Assembly: GCA_026413865.1 (NCBI GenBank)
Contig: JAOAKB010000001.1
Coordinates: 69,624 to 133,623 of the forward strand
Source: Nitrososphaeria archaeon
GTDB lineage: Archaea > Thermoproteota > Nitrososphaeria > JACIWG01
DNA length: 64,000 nucleotides
Reading direction: 5' to 3'
In this document: piece by piece, positions 20,081-29,807 of the stretch
Layout of the letters: each line of letters opens with the position of its first letter
How positions within the stretch are numbered: position 1 is the first letter of the stretch
The notes under the pieces: generated by a model
What the model saw: only the letters and a program-made list of their open reading frames with translations
Databases searched by the model: none
Told to the model about the DNA's origin: nothing
Program-made: the position numbers and the translations under genes

Positions 20081-21529
20081 CTATTCTCCTGGCAAGATTA
20101 TGTCATGAGGCTTAAGCTCCTCCATTCCAGAAAATGTTACAAGACCAAACCTAGCCTTCTTCCAAAGGTCCTTAATATTTTTTGCACCAGCATAGCCAAA
20201 CGAAGCCTTTAAGCCTAAAGAAAATTCTTCGATAACAATTTGTGCGTCACCACGATATGGCACATAGCCTTCAACACCTTCTGCAATACCCTTAGCCATA
20301 GTAGCATACCTATCAATAACAAAACGTTTCTGTCTAGCAGAAAGGCTGCCCATACCACGTAATGGCTTATAATATTTTCCACCAATCTTTATAAGTTCAC
20401 CTGGAGACTCACTACAACCAGCAAAGACCATACCCATCATCACAGTTGAAGCACCAGCAGCAAGAGCCAGCATCGCATCACCAGGACTCCTTACACCTCC
20501 GTCAGCAATAATTGGAACATTTAAATTGAGATCTTCGAGTGCATCAGCAACTTCAGATACTGCAAAAAGTGTTGGAGCAGCAGCCTTAGTGACCAGTGAA
20601 GTAATACATGTTGAGCCAGAACCAATACCTACACGAACACCCTCAAATCTTTCAATAACTTCAACAGAATCCTTCAAAGCTTCACCTGTACCAATATTTC
20701 CAATAACAAAGTCAGCCGAAACTTCCTTAACAAGCCTTTTAGCAGCATTCAAAATATTAGCATTATGAAAGTGGGCTACATCACACACAAGTGCATCCAC
20801 ATACCTGTCCAAAGCCTTAGCTCTATCAAAATCGAATGGGGAAATAGCAGCTGCAACCCTTAACCGCCCTTCAGAATCTCGAGTAGCGTTAACATACTTT
20901 TCTCTCGAGTATATGTCCCTTATAGTTATTAAACCTATAAGACGCCCACTTCCATCGACTACCGGAAGCTTTTCAATCCTATGATCGTGCATAATCCTTT
21001 TCGCTTCATCAACAGTTACATCAGGAGATGCCGTTATAACGTCTTTTGTCATAACATCCTTAACGTAACAGCTTTGGTCAGCAAAGGCGACATCCCTTTT
21101 AGTGAGTATGCCAACAAGCTTATCCCCTTCGACAACAGGCAAGCCAGAAATATTATACCTTTTCATGATAGAAATTGCTTCACCGACAGTAGAATCAGGA
21201 CCTATAGTGTAAACGTCTTTAATTATAAAAGATTCAGCCCTCTTAACCCTCTTGACCTCCTCAACCTGTTCTTCCACAGTCATGTTACGATGTATAACAC
21301 CAATACCTCCAAGACGGGCAATCGCAATAGCCATATCACTACCAGTAACAGTATCCATTGGACTTGAAACAAAGGGCAATGAAACATTAATATTTTTTGT
21401 AAAATGTGAGCTCAAATCTATTTCAGAAGGCTCGACTTCAGATTTACGAGGCAAGATTATAAAGTCTTTAAAAGTAAACACATTGGTTGCTTCAACCAAT
21501 TTTTTATAAAAGTTGTATGGCAAGGACAC
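20081..21529 (-). CDS. guaB: Inosine-5'-monophosphate dehydrogenase
   Basis: FKDFIILPRKSEV N-terminus, tandem CBS insertion (ISGLPVV... / IEKLPVV...), catalytic loop VGIGSGSTCIT, IADGGV and EGVEGYVPYRG. Confidence 0.9.
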   Translation of the reverse strand: MSLPYNFYKKLVEATNVFTFKDFIILPRKSEVEPSEIDLSSHFTKNINVSLPFVSSPMDTVTGSDMAIAIARLGGIGVIHRNMTVEEQVEEVKRVKRAESFIIKDVYTIGPDSTVGEAISIMKRYNISGLPVVEGDKLVGILTKRDVAFADQSCYVKDVMTKDVITASPDVTVDEAKRIMHDHRIEKLPVVDGSGRLIGLITIRDIYSREKYVNATRDSEGRLRVAAAISPFDFDRAKALDRYVDALVCDVAHFHNANILNAAKRLVKEVSADFVIGNIGTGEALKDSVEVIERFEGVRVGIGSGSTCITSLVTKAAAPTLFAVSEVADALEDLNLNVPIIADGGVRSPGDAMLALAAGASTVMMGMVFAGCSESPGELIKIGGKYYKPLRGMGSLSARQKRFVIDRYATMAKGIAEGVEGYVPYRGDAQIVIEEFSLGLKASFGYAGAKNIKDLWKKARFGLVTFSGMEELKPHDIILPGE

Positions 21530-21579
21530 TATCCCCTTGCCACATTATTAGATATTTATGTGCTAATTAACTCTTTTGC

Positions 21580-22131
21580 TTAAGCCTTTTCAAGCATCTT
21601 TTCAAATGTCCAAGTAACAAGATTTAATATCTCCTTCAACCTACTTTTTGTCCTATAATTTTCAATAAGAATCTTCCTAATTGTACCTTCGGAGTCCTCA
21701 TCAACTAAAAACTTTAGGACATCCTCATCCTTTAACGCACCACTTTTAACCTGAGCCTTATCCACTTCAACCATCTGAGGAAGTTTTTTACCAACAAGAT
21801 AAGATGCGAATGGTGGAGTCGAAGTCTTCAACTTTATCGAAGACACAGGAACAATTGTAACATTCTTTGCAGAAATATGTGCCGTAGCTAAAACCCTACC
21901 ATCTTTAGCCTTTAAAGACAAAACTTCTTCTGCAAAAGTTTCTTTAACCTCCTCCTTAACTTCAACAGCCTGCTTAATTTCTTCAGCCGGCCTAAAACCC
22001 TTCTGTAAAAGGAAACTGTCTATAACAGCAAGAGTTTCACGCAATGCTTCAATTTCCTTTTCTAAAGACTTTATCTTTTCCTCAATCCAAAGTTTTGTTT
22101 CAGCAACCTTCTTAATTTCCTCTTCACTCAA
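21580..22131 (-). CDS. Hypothetical protein with an N-terminal coiled coil
   Basis: 183-aa ORF. Heptad-rich N-terminus (KLWIEEKIKSLEKEIEALRETLAVID); no catalytic motif. Confidence 0.55.
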   Translation of the reverse strand: MSEEEIKKVAETKLWIEEKIKSLEKEIEALRETLAVIDSFLLQKGFRPAEEIKQAVEVKEEVKETFAEEVLSLKAKDGRVLATAHISAKNVTIVPVSSIKLKTSTPPFASYLVGKKLPQMVEVDKAQVKSGALKDEDVLKFLVDEDSEGTIRKILIENYRTKSRLKEILNLVTWTFEKMLEKA

Positions 22132-22178
22132 GGATTCTCACATAATAACATGTTATAGAGCATATATAACATTTTTGT

Positions 22179-22838
22179 TCAAAAATGTAACTTATGTCCA
22201 ACATACTTTTCTAAAACCATGATAAGAAGAAATGAACCGAAAGCTGCAATAGAACGCTCATAAAGCATTTGAGGAAACACTATCAACAATTGCTTATCAG
22301 TCAAATGATATAATAATATTGCAAATAATGTTCCAGTAGAATGCTGCACAAACGTTGAAGAAAAAGAGCTAAAAAAAATTTTAAAATTTTTTCCAACAAG
22401 ATAATACAAAAGGGAAGAGAAAGCAGCTAGAACATGTGGTATAATAAACCACCAAATCTTATTATAAGATATAATGAAAAATATAACAAACAAGAAAATG
22501 AATGAGAATGATAAGAAAGATAACTTTCTACGATTTAAACCTGCGAAGAGGGCACCCGATAAAGGCACTAGAGGAGTAAATATTCCAAAAAATGAACCAG
22601 GATTAAAGAAAAGATATATGGTTGAGCCGATGAACATTGAAAATGACCCATAAAATGGGCCGAGAAACCAGCCTACAGTAGGTGGCAGTATGAGAGATAA
22701 AGAGAAAACACCAGTTCCACCCACGAGGGTAGTGCCTATTGGCATAAAAGACAATACAACATAAAGTGAAGAAAATACTATTGCTGTGGAAAATTTTCTA
22801 ACATCAATTGACTTATGGCTCATGTATATCGAAAGCAA
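22179..22838 (-). CDS. Polytopic membrane protein (ECF S-component-like; substrate unknown)
   Basis: 219 aa, about 6 hydrophobic helices, Phe/Ser/Gly-rich. Confidence 0.5.
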   Translation of the reverse strand: MLSIYMSHKSIDVRKFSTAIVFSSLYVVLSFMPIGTTLVGGTGVFSLSLILPPTVGWFLGPFYGSFSMFIGSTIYLFFNPGSFFGIFTPLVPLSGALFAGLNRRKLSFLSFSFIFLFVIFFIISYNKIWWFIIPHVLAAFSSLLYYLVGKNFKIFFSSFSSTFVQHSTGTLFAILLYHLTDKQLLIVFPQMLYERSIAAFGSFLLIMVLEKYVGHKLHF

Positions 22839-22911
22839 AAAAGTAAATTATATAAGCTTAATGCCAATATAAACTAACTTTAAAAAGGTAAGATTTAATT
22901 GGTGAGAAAAC

Positions 22912-23970
22912 TTGTTTGAACAAAATTATGTTTACGGAATATATGTTAACGTGAAAAATTATACAATTAAAGAAAAAATTCATACACTTGATACTAGACT
23001 AAACCATTTCCTTAGCTATGGGCTGAAGACAACAATATATAATGCAGTGGATGAAAAAGGCTACGTATTATTTGATAACAAGCTAAGGAAAATGAATAAG
23101 GAGATTTACAATTTTTTGGGAAAAAGTCCGCTAAAACATGCTGTAAAACGCGCTCACACATTTGGCCTAAACTCTTGGGTTCAAGTGAACCCATTTAAGA
23201 TAGCTGAAAGGGATGTGGAAGCATATACCAAATATCTTATTAGAGACGAATACAATAGTGCATTAATTGAGAAATCGGGAGAACAAATAAACTATTTTCT
23301 TTCAACAGCTTACGAGGAAGTTGGTGAAATAGTTTCTAGAACAGTTTCTGAAATTTTAGAGGACTGTGAAGCAGATGGAATAATTTTGGAAGAAGCCTTC
23401 GGCTATCCAAAAATAAGTCCATACGACTTTTCAGAAGGAGCCTACAAAAATTTTGTAAAATTTCTAAAAGAAAAATATAATATATCCTTCTTCTTGTGGC
23501 CAAACGATGTACTGGAAGGAAGAAAATATTATTCACATTACCTAGAATGGAAAAATAATAAGGTACGAGAGATAATGGAATATTTAAGAAAGAGTATAAA
23601 AGAAAGTTTCGGCAACATACCTATATCAATACTTACCCAAATTAAGTTAGAAGAAGACAGAAAATTTGAGACTGATTTAAAAGATATAACAAGAGGAAGG
23701 CTATTTGATTATCTTCTAACAAACTTTGTTAACGAATATAATTTAAAAGAGATGGGCACTATATTAAGAAAAATTTTTAATATATTCAAGGAAACAAGTA
23801 TTTCGATAGTTTCTGTTATTGGATACAGTGAAAAAAGTTTGGATAAAAAATATTTGTGGGATGAAGCTATAAAAGAGGCGTTAATAGGAGGGTCTAATGG
23901 AATAATACTTTTCGATGACGAAAACATTTACAGAAATGGTGCATGGGAAAAGATTAGAATTTTATTATAG
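22912..23970 (+). CDS. Hypothetical protein, possibly a glycoside-hydrolase-like TIM barrel
   Basis: 352-aa ORF with a TTG start. The segment ADGIILEEAFGYP is reminiscent of GH-like (GHL10) proteins. Weak call. Confidence 0.3.
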   Translation: MFEQNYVYGIYVNVKNYTIKEKIHTLDTRLNHFLSYGLKTTIYNAVDEKGYVLFDNKLRKMNKEIYNFLGKSPLKHAVKRAHTFGLNSWVQVNPFKIAERDVEAYTKYLIRDEYNSALIEKSGEQINYFLSTAYEEVGEIVSRTVSEILEDCEADGIILEEAFGYPKISPYDFSEGAYKNFVKFLKEKYNISFFLWPNDVLEGRKYYSHYLEWKNNKVREIMEYLRKSIKESFGNIPISILTQIKLEEDRKFETDLKDITRGRLFDYLLTNFVNEYNLKEMGTILRKIFNIFKETSISIVSVIGYSEKSLDKKYLWDEAIKEALIGGSNGIILFDDENIYRNGAWEKIRILL

Positions 23971-24035
23971 ATTAAAAAATAATTTTTTTACTTAAGTTTT
24001 TAAAGAACAATAAAGTATGGTTTATAGAAGATAGA

Positions 24036-25484
24036 ATGTCTCTAAAATATTTTTTTGAACCATCATCTATAGCTGTAGTTGGAGCCTCTCCTTTAACAAA
24101 CAAGGTGGGCGGAGTTATTGCACACACGTTAATAACAAATATGCAGAAGGGGGTTTTGAAGGCAAAAGTTTTTCCCATAAACCCAAAATATGATACTGTC
24201 TTTGGAGTAAAGTGCTATAGAACATTAAGTGATGTAAAAGAAAGCATTGACCTTATTGTTGTGGCAATACCGGCACCCTTAATATCACAAATTATGAGAG
24301 AGGCGGGAGAAATTGGAGTGAAGGCATGCATAATAATTTCCTCCGGATTTAAAGAAGTTGGAAATGTCCAACTGCAGGATGAAGTTGAAAAGATTGCTAA
24401 AGAGTATAGGATAAGGGTTATAGGCCCAAACTGTCTAGGAATATTTGACCCATTCACTGGAGTAGACACACTATTCTTGCCTGAATTTAAGCAGCTTTCT
24501 ACTGGAAAAGAGGTGCTTGCAACACCAAGACCATTGCCTGGCTCTATTGTTCTAATAAGTCAAAGCGGCGCTCTTGGTGCAGCAGCACTAGATTATATGG
24601 CCGGAATAAACATGGGGTTAAGATGCTTCGTAAGCTTAGGAAACAGGATTGATGTAGACGAATCAGAATTACTAGAATATTTTATGAACGATAGAATGAC
24701 TAAGGTTATTCTACTATACATTGAGTCAGTAGCAGAAGGAAGAAGATTTCTTGAGGCAGCAAAAAAGACGAGTATGAGGAAACCTATAGTGGCCTTAAAG
24801 GTAGGAAGGTCTAAGGCTGGCGCAAGAGGAGCAGCATCGCATACAGGATCTCTTGCAGGATTGGACCAAATTTATCAGGCAGCATTCGAAGAATGTGGAG
24901 TTATTAGAGCTAACACATTAGAAGAACTTTTTGACATGGGACGGGCATTCACATACCAGCCTCCAGCACTGGGTACAGGTATTGCTGTCCTAACTAACGC
25001 AGGGGGACCTGGAATATTGGCGGCAGACGCTTGTGAGGCTTCTGGTTTAGAGCTTGTAGAACTTTCAGAAACAACAAAAAAAGCTTTTGAAGAGGGCATT
25101 AGAAAAGGAATATTTCCACCAATAATGACCTACAGTAACCCAGTAGATCTGTCAGCACAAGTAACAAGCGACGCTTTCCAAGAGGCACTTAAGATACTAT
25201 TAGATGACCCTAAGATTAATGGTATTATAGTTATAACATTACATCATACACCATTCGTGATGGATGATGTCGTAGGAAAAATCGCTGCCCCAGCATATGA
25301 GAAAAGGAAGCCTGTGATCGCAGTGGATATTGGGGCTACAGAAATGGCGCAAGAGATTAGGGCTAGATTTGAAAAGTTTAGGGTACCAGCCTTTAATTCA
25401 CCAGAAAGAGCGGCTAGAGCAATGTACGCTCTTGCATACTATGGAAAGTTTTTAAAAGAACATGGATTAGTAGAGACAGTGTAA
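24036..25484 (+). CDS. acdA: Acetyl-CoA synthetase (ADP-forming), alpha subunit
   Basis: CoA-binding FEPSSIAVVGAS, INPKY, phosphohistidine loop GAASHTGSLAGL and LTNAGGPGILAAD. Confidence 0.85.
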   Translation: MSLKYFFEPSSIAVVGASPLTNKVGGVIAHTLITNMQKGVLKAKVFPINPKYDTVFGVKCYRTLSDVKESIDLIVVAIPAPLISQIMREAGEIGVKACIIISSGFKEVGNVQLQDEVEKIAKEYRIRVIGPNCLGIFDPFTGVDTLFLPEFKQLSTGKEVLATPRPLPGSIVLISQSGALGAAALDYMAGINMGLRCFVSLGNRIDVDESELLEYFMNDRMTKVILLYIESVAEGRRFLEAAKKTSMRKPIVALKVGRSKAGARGAASHTGSLAGLDQIYQAAFEECGVIRANTLEELFDMGRAFTYQPPALGTGIAVLTNAGGPGILAADACEASGLELVELSETTKKAFEEGIRKGIFPPIMTYSNPVDLSAQVTSDAFQEALKILLDDPKINGIIVITLHHTPFVMDDVVGKIAAPAYEKRKPVIAVDIGATEMAQEIRARFEKFRVPAFNSPERAARAMYALAYYGKFLKEHGLVETV

Positions 25485-25492
25485 ACTGTAAT

Positions 25493-26011
25493 ATGGCTAA
25501 AAATTTGGAAGAATATGACAAAATTGTAATGTTAAAGGATGGCTCCAGAGTTTTGATAAGACCGGTTAGAGCTAATGATGCAGAAGACCTATTAAAAATG
25601 TTTACAACATTATCTCCAGAAACAGTTTACAACCGTTTTTTTAAACTTAGAAGACCCTTCACAATAGAGGAAGTGGAGAAGATGGCTTCAATAAACTTTG
25701 ATGAAGAATTTGCTCTTGTAGCTGCACCATTGCAGGATACAGAGTTAAAGATTATTGGGGACGCAAGATATTATGTTGAAAATAAGACAAGTGCTGAGGT
25801 TGCCATTGTTGTACAAGACAAATGGCAGCTAAAGGGTCTTGGAACAGCAATGCTCCAGCATCTTATAAATATTGGCAGGAAAAAAAATATTAAAGAATTT
25901 TACATTTATGTTCTAAGTGATAATGCGGTCATGATACATGTGGCTAAAAAGCTTGGGTTCAAATTAAAGTCACAGTCCTATGGTATAAGTAGATTCGACC
26001 TAATACTTTAA
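25493..26011 (+). CDS. GNAT acetyltransferase of the Pat (protein lysine acetyltransferase) GNAT-domain type
   Basis: LIRPVRANDAEDLLKMFTTLSPETVYNRFF...FTIEEVEKMASINFDEEFALVAA parallels the Pat GNAT-domain N-terminus as I recall it. The acetyl-CoA loop is QDKWQLKGLGTAML. Confidence 0.65.
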   Translation: MAKNLEEYDKIVMLKDGSRVLIRPVRANDAEDLLKMFTTLSPETVYNRFFKLRRPFTIEEVEKMASINFDEEFALVAAPLQDTELKIIGDARYYVENKTSAEVAIVVQDKWQLKGLGTAMLQHLINIGRKKNIKEFYIYVLSDNAVMIHVAKKLGFKLKSQSYGISRFDLIL

Positions 26012-26706
26012 TGCACTTTAAGAATTACTCTTGCATCAACTATAAGAAAACCAGTTTCATAAACTATTATAGGATTTAAATCCATCTGATCTATTTCCGG
26101 AATCTCTACACCTATCCTTGATACAGTTGATATAAGTTCTGCAATAGAGTTTATGTCTAGAGGCTTGGAACCTCTAAACCCTGATAATAGAGGATATCCT
26201 TTAATCTTCTTTATCATTTCTAAAGCCTCTTCTTTAGTAACAGGCGCAATCCTAAACACAACATCCTTCATCAACTCTACAAATATACCTCCAAGCCCAA
26301 ACATTACTGTTGGACCAAATGTTGGATCACGTAACATTCCAACAACAACTTCAACAGATTTTGGAGCCATTTCTACAACAAGTACACCCAAAATTCTAGC
26401 ATTTGGAGCATTCCTTTTAACATCATTCATTAAAGTTTCATATGATTCCCTTAAATGGCTATCATTTAAGATATTAATCTTTACACCACCAACGTCACTT
26501 TTATGCACAATGTCTGGAGAAACAATCTTCAAAACCACAGGATAACCTATCTCTCTTGCAGCCTTCAAGGCATCTTCTAATGAAGACACCATTTTATGCT
26601 TACAAACATGTATATTATATGCTGAAAGAAGATTATATGCTTCAGGTTCTAGCAGAACATTCCTACCCTCAGATAGAGCTTTAAGAACAATATTTTTAGC
26701 TAGCAA
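26008..26706 (-). CDS. acdB: Acetyl-CoA synthetase (ADP-forming), beta subunit (ATP-grasp)
   Basis: LLEPEAYNLLSAYNI, YPVVLKIVSPDIVHKSDVGGVK (second catalytic His) and MDLNPI. Confidence 0.85.
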   Translation of the reverse strand: MLAKNIVLKALSEGRNVLLEPEAYNLLSAYNIHVCKHKMVSSLEDALKAAREIGYPVVLKIVSPDIVHKSDVGGVKINILNDSHLRESYETLMNDVKRNAPNARILGVLVVEMAPKSVEVVVGMLRDPTFGPTVMFGLGGIFVELMKDVVFRIAPVTKEEALEMIKKIKGYPLLSGFRGSKPLDINSIAELISTVSRIGVEIPEIDQMDLNPIIVYETGFLIVDARVILKVH

Positions 26707-26774
26707 CCTTCCCCAGCAACTCTTTACAACATAATATATTTATTATTTTCACATAAATATCATACATAGTTTCG

Positions 26775-28652
26775 TTAGTATTGACCTTCTAGTTCAGAAA
26801 CCTCCTTTCCAAGTTCCAGTTCACGTAATAGTCTTCTCAATATTTTTCCACTTCTAGTCTTAGGCAAGGATGTGAGGGCTACAACTTCTGACGGCACAGC
26901 TATTTGGCCCACATCTTCTACAACCCTCCTTTTAATCTCTTCTATAAGAAGATCATCAAGAATCCAGCCTTCTCTTAAGACAACAAAAATTTTTATAATA
27001 TCACTACCAGAAGAGGAAGGTTTACCAATAGCTGCGGCATCAAGAACCGCAGGATGAGAAAGTACAGCTCTTTCAATTTCAGCAGTTCCTATCCTATAGC
27101 CTGCAACCTTAATCACATCATCAGACCTACCCTTAATCCAAAAGTAGCCGTTTTCATCAACAGATGCTATATCACCAGTAATGTACCAGCCTTCAACAAT
27201 ATCCCAGTAATCAATATATTTTCTTGGATCTTGATAAACAGTATCCATCATCCCAGGCCATGGACCTCCTATTGCAAGCATACCCTTCTCATTTTCCTTC
27301 AAAATTTCTCCTGTAGGAGAAAGTATAGCAGCTCTTATGGTTGGAAAGGGTTTACCAGCGGAACCAGGCTTAAGTGGCATAGATGGAAAGTTTGTTATAA
27401 GAATTATTCCAGTTTCAGTCTGCCACCAGGTGTCGAGTAATGGACAACGACCTTTCCCAACTTTTTCATAAAACCATTTCCAAGTTGATGGGTCGATTGG
27501 CTCACCAACCGTAGCTAAAAGCCTTAAAGATTCAAGAGAATAGTTTTCCAGCTCCCTTTCAGCCAGCATAAAGCTTCTAATGCTTGTTGGAATTGTGTAA
27601 AATATTGTTACACGATATTCATCTATTAGTTTAGCCCATCTTGTTGAAATAGGATAGCTGAGGTCACCTTCATAGATTAATATTGTTCCACCATTTAGAA
27701 GAGGGCCGTAGACTACATACGTGTGCCCAGTAATCCATCCTGGAGAGGCTGTACACCAGTAAACGTCATCATCTTTTATGTCAAAAATCAGCTTGGTTGT
27801 TAGATAGGCACCAACCATATATCCTCCATGAGAATGTATTATACCCTTAGGTTTTCCAGCTGTACCTGAAGTATATATTATAAAGAGGGGGTCACTGGAG
27901 TCCATTGGTTCGCATTCAGAAACATCAGGAGCATTGTTAACAATTTCATCCCAGTAAACGAATTTTGGAAACTCTTTAGAAGTTTTAGGCAGCCCAGGAA
28001 AAACTGGAAGGTCTATTCTCTTTTTTATAAGAACATACTTTAATGATGGACATTGGATTGCATATGGTATAATTCCTGAAACAGGTGTGAGTGTACCACC
28101 ATAATATGCTGCATTAGATATGATAAGGACTTTTGATGAGGTTTCGATAAGCCTTTCCCTCAAAACTCTACCACCATATCCGTAATATATTACATTATGT
28201 ATAGCACCAATTTTTGCACACGCAAGCATAGAAATTATGAGCTCAGGAAGTATTGGCATGTATATTGTTACAAAATCACCTTTATGGACACCAAGCTTTT
28301 TTAGAACATTCGAAAGCTTATTAACTTGTCTATAAAGTTGGCCATAAGTTAAAACTTCTCTTTCTCCAGGCTCACCTTCCCAGTAAATAGCAACCTTATT
28401 TCTTCTCCATGAAGAAGCATGCCTATCAAGAACATTATGTACAATATTACATTTTCCATTAACAAACCATCTAGCATAAGGATAGTTCCACTCAAAAACA
28501 CGGTCCCAGGCCTTAAACCATTCAAGTTCACATGCAGCCTGAGACCAGAAACCTGCAACATCATTAAGAGAATTCTTGTATAAACTATCATAGTCTTTTA
28601 AGTATGCCTTTTCTAAAACATTTTTGCTTGGATAATATATTTCTGAGTTCAT
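26775..28652 (-). CDS. acs: Acetyl-CoA synthetase / acyl-CoA ligase (AMP-forming)
   Basis: YTSGTAGKPKG (A3), YITGDIASVDENGYFWIKGRSDDVIKVAGYRIGTAEIE (A7-A8) and LPKTRSGKILRR (A10, with the acetylatable Lys at 26844-26846). Confidence 0.9.
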   Translation of the reverse strand: MNSEIYYPSKNVLEKAYLKDYDSLYKNSLNDVAGFWSQAACELEWFKAWDRVFEWNYPYARWFVNGKCNIVHNVLDRHASSWRRNKVAIYWEGEPGEREVLTYGQLYRQVNKLSNVLKKLGVHKGDFVTIYMPILPELIISMLACAKIGAIHNVIYYGYGGRVLRERLIETSSKVLIISNAAYYGGTLTPVSGIIPYAIQCPSLKYVLIKKRIDLPVFPGLPKTSKEFPKFVYWDEIVNNAPDVSECEPMDSSDPLFIIYTSGTAGKPKGIIHSHGGYMVGAYLTTKLIFDIKDDDVYWCTASPGWITGHTYVVYGPLLNGGTILIYEGDLSYPISTRWAKLIDEYRVTIFYTIPTSIRSFMLAERELENYSLESLRLLATVGEPIDPSTWKWFYEKVGKGRCPLLDTWWQTETGIILITNFPSMPLKPGSAGKPFPTIRAAILSPTGEILKENEKGMLAIGGPWPGMMDTVYQDPRKYIDYWDIVEGWYITGDIASVDENGYFWIKGRSDDVIKVAGYRIGTAEIERAVLSHPAVLDAAAIGKPSSSGSDIIKIFVVLREGWILDDLLIEEIKRRVVEDVGQIAVPSEVVALTSLPKTRSGKILRRLLRELELGKEVSELEGQY

Positions 28653-28748
28653 ACCCTTTAAGGAGATAATTACTAGAGTTAAATATATTAATTATTAACA
28701 CCCTCAAAATGCTAAACTTTATTAAGAATCTAATATCTTAAACTAGAT

Positions 28749-29561
28749 ATGAGGAAGTTTGTTATCGGCAAGGATGAGAAGATCGATGCACTAGGATATG
28801 GTACATGGCTTATTGGTGGAAACAGTAGCCCAGATTATTCAAAAGACGATTATTATATAAGAGTCTTAAAAACAGCTTTTGAATTAGGATATAGGCTGGT
28901 TGACACAGCAGAATATTATGGTGGAGGACACACCGAAGAACTTGTAGGCAAGGCGCTAAAGGATTTCGATAGAAAAGAATTTTTTATAATTTCAAAGGTT
29001 TGGCCAACCCATTTACGTTATGATGATACAATTAAGGCTGCGGAAAATAGTCTAAAAAGGCTTGGTATAAAATGTATAGACTTGTATCTTATACATTGGC
29101 CAAACCCAGCTATTCCAATAAATGAAACCATTTCTGCACTAGAAAGACTTGTTGACGAAGGAAAAATTAGATATATTGGAGTAAGCAACTTTTCAGTCCA
29201 ACAGTTAAAGGAGGCAATGGAAGCTACAAAAAAATATGATATTGTAGCTAACGAGGTAAAATATAGTGTCTTTGATAGGAGGGTTGAAGATGAACTTTTA
29301 CCATTTGCTAGAAAAAATAATGTTAGAGTAATAGCATATACACCTTTAGAAAAGGGAAAAATTTACAGTACAGCAGTATTAGAGGAAATGGCTAAAAAAT
29401 ATGGTAAAACAGTTAACCAGATAGCGTTAAATTATCTAATTTCGATGGAAGCGATTCCTATACCAAAGGCTGAAAAGAAGGAGCACATGATAGAAAATCT
29501 TGGAGCACTAGGATGGAAACTTGAAGAAAAAGACCTAGAAACAATAAGAAAGAGATTATGA
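28749..29561 (+). CDS. Aldo/keto reductase
   Basis: GYGTW, DTAEYYG, ISKVW, DLYLIHWP and IGVSNF motifs. Confidence 0.9.
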   Translation: MRKFVIGKDEKIDALGYGTWLIGGNSSPDYSKDDYYIRVLKTAFELGYRLVDTAEYYGGGHTEELVGKALKDFDRKEFFIISKVWPTHLRYDDTIKAAENSLKRLGIKCIDLYLIHWPNPAIPINETISALERLVDEGKIRYIGVSNFSVQQLKEAMEATKKYDIVANEVKYSVFDRRVEDELLPFARKNNVRVIAYTPLEKGKIYSTAVLEEMAKKYGKTVNQIALNYLISMEAIPIPKAEKKEHMIENLGALGWKLEEKDLETIRKRL

Positions 29562-29580
29562 TCAAAACGGAGGATTTTAT

Positions 29581-29793
29581 ATGGGGTTCACGACAACATT
29601 CTTTATCGTCTTAGCATTAATTATACTCTTGTTTGCAGTTAGAATAAGAAGAGTTACAATAGCTATAGCATTAATATTTTTATGCCTTATTGCTGGACTA
29701 ATTTTTAGAACAATATCTGGACTTGTCGAAATTTTTACAATCACAATTATTTTAGCAATATTTTTACTGTATATGCTTTTAAGGAAAAAATAG
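29581..29793 (+). CDS. Small two-helix membrane protein
   Basis: 70-aa ORF, almost entirely hydrophobic, ending in LRKK. Confidence 0.35.
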   Translation: MGFTTTFFIVLALIILLFAVRIRRVTIAIALIFLCLIAGLIFRTISGLVEIFTITIILAIFLLYMLLRKK

Positions 29794-29807
29794 GGGGAAG
29801 AAATAAT

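Noticed and set aside
20526-21509. Plus-strand ORFs inside guaB (20526-20768, 20981-21367, 21252-21509).
   Set aside because: They are antisense shadows of IMPDH, with no motifs and implausible composition.
26153-27440. Plus-strand ORFs of 130, 61 and 128 aa inside acdB and acs.
   Set aside because: They are antisense to well-supported genes and their sequences are not protein-like.
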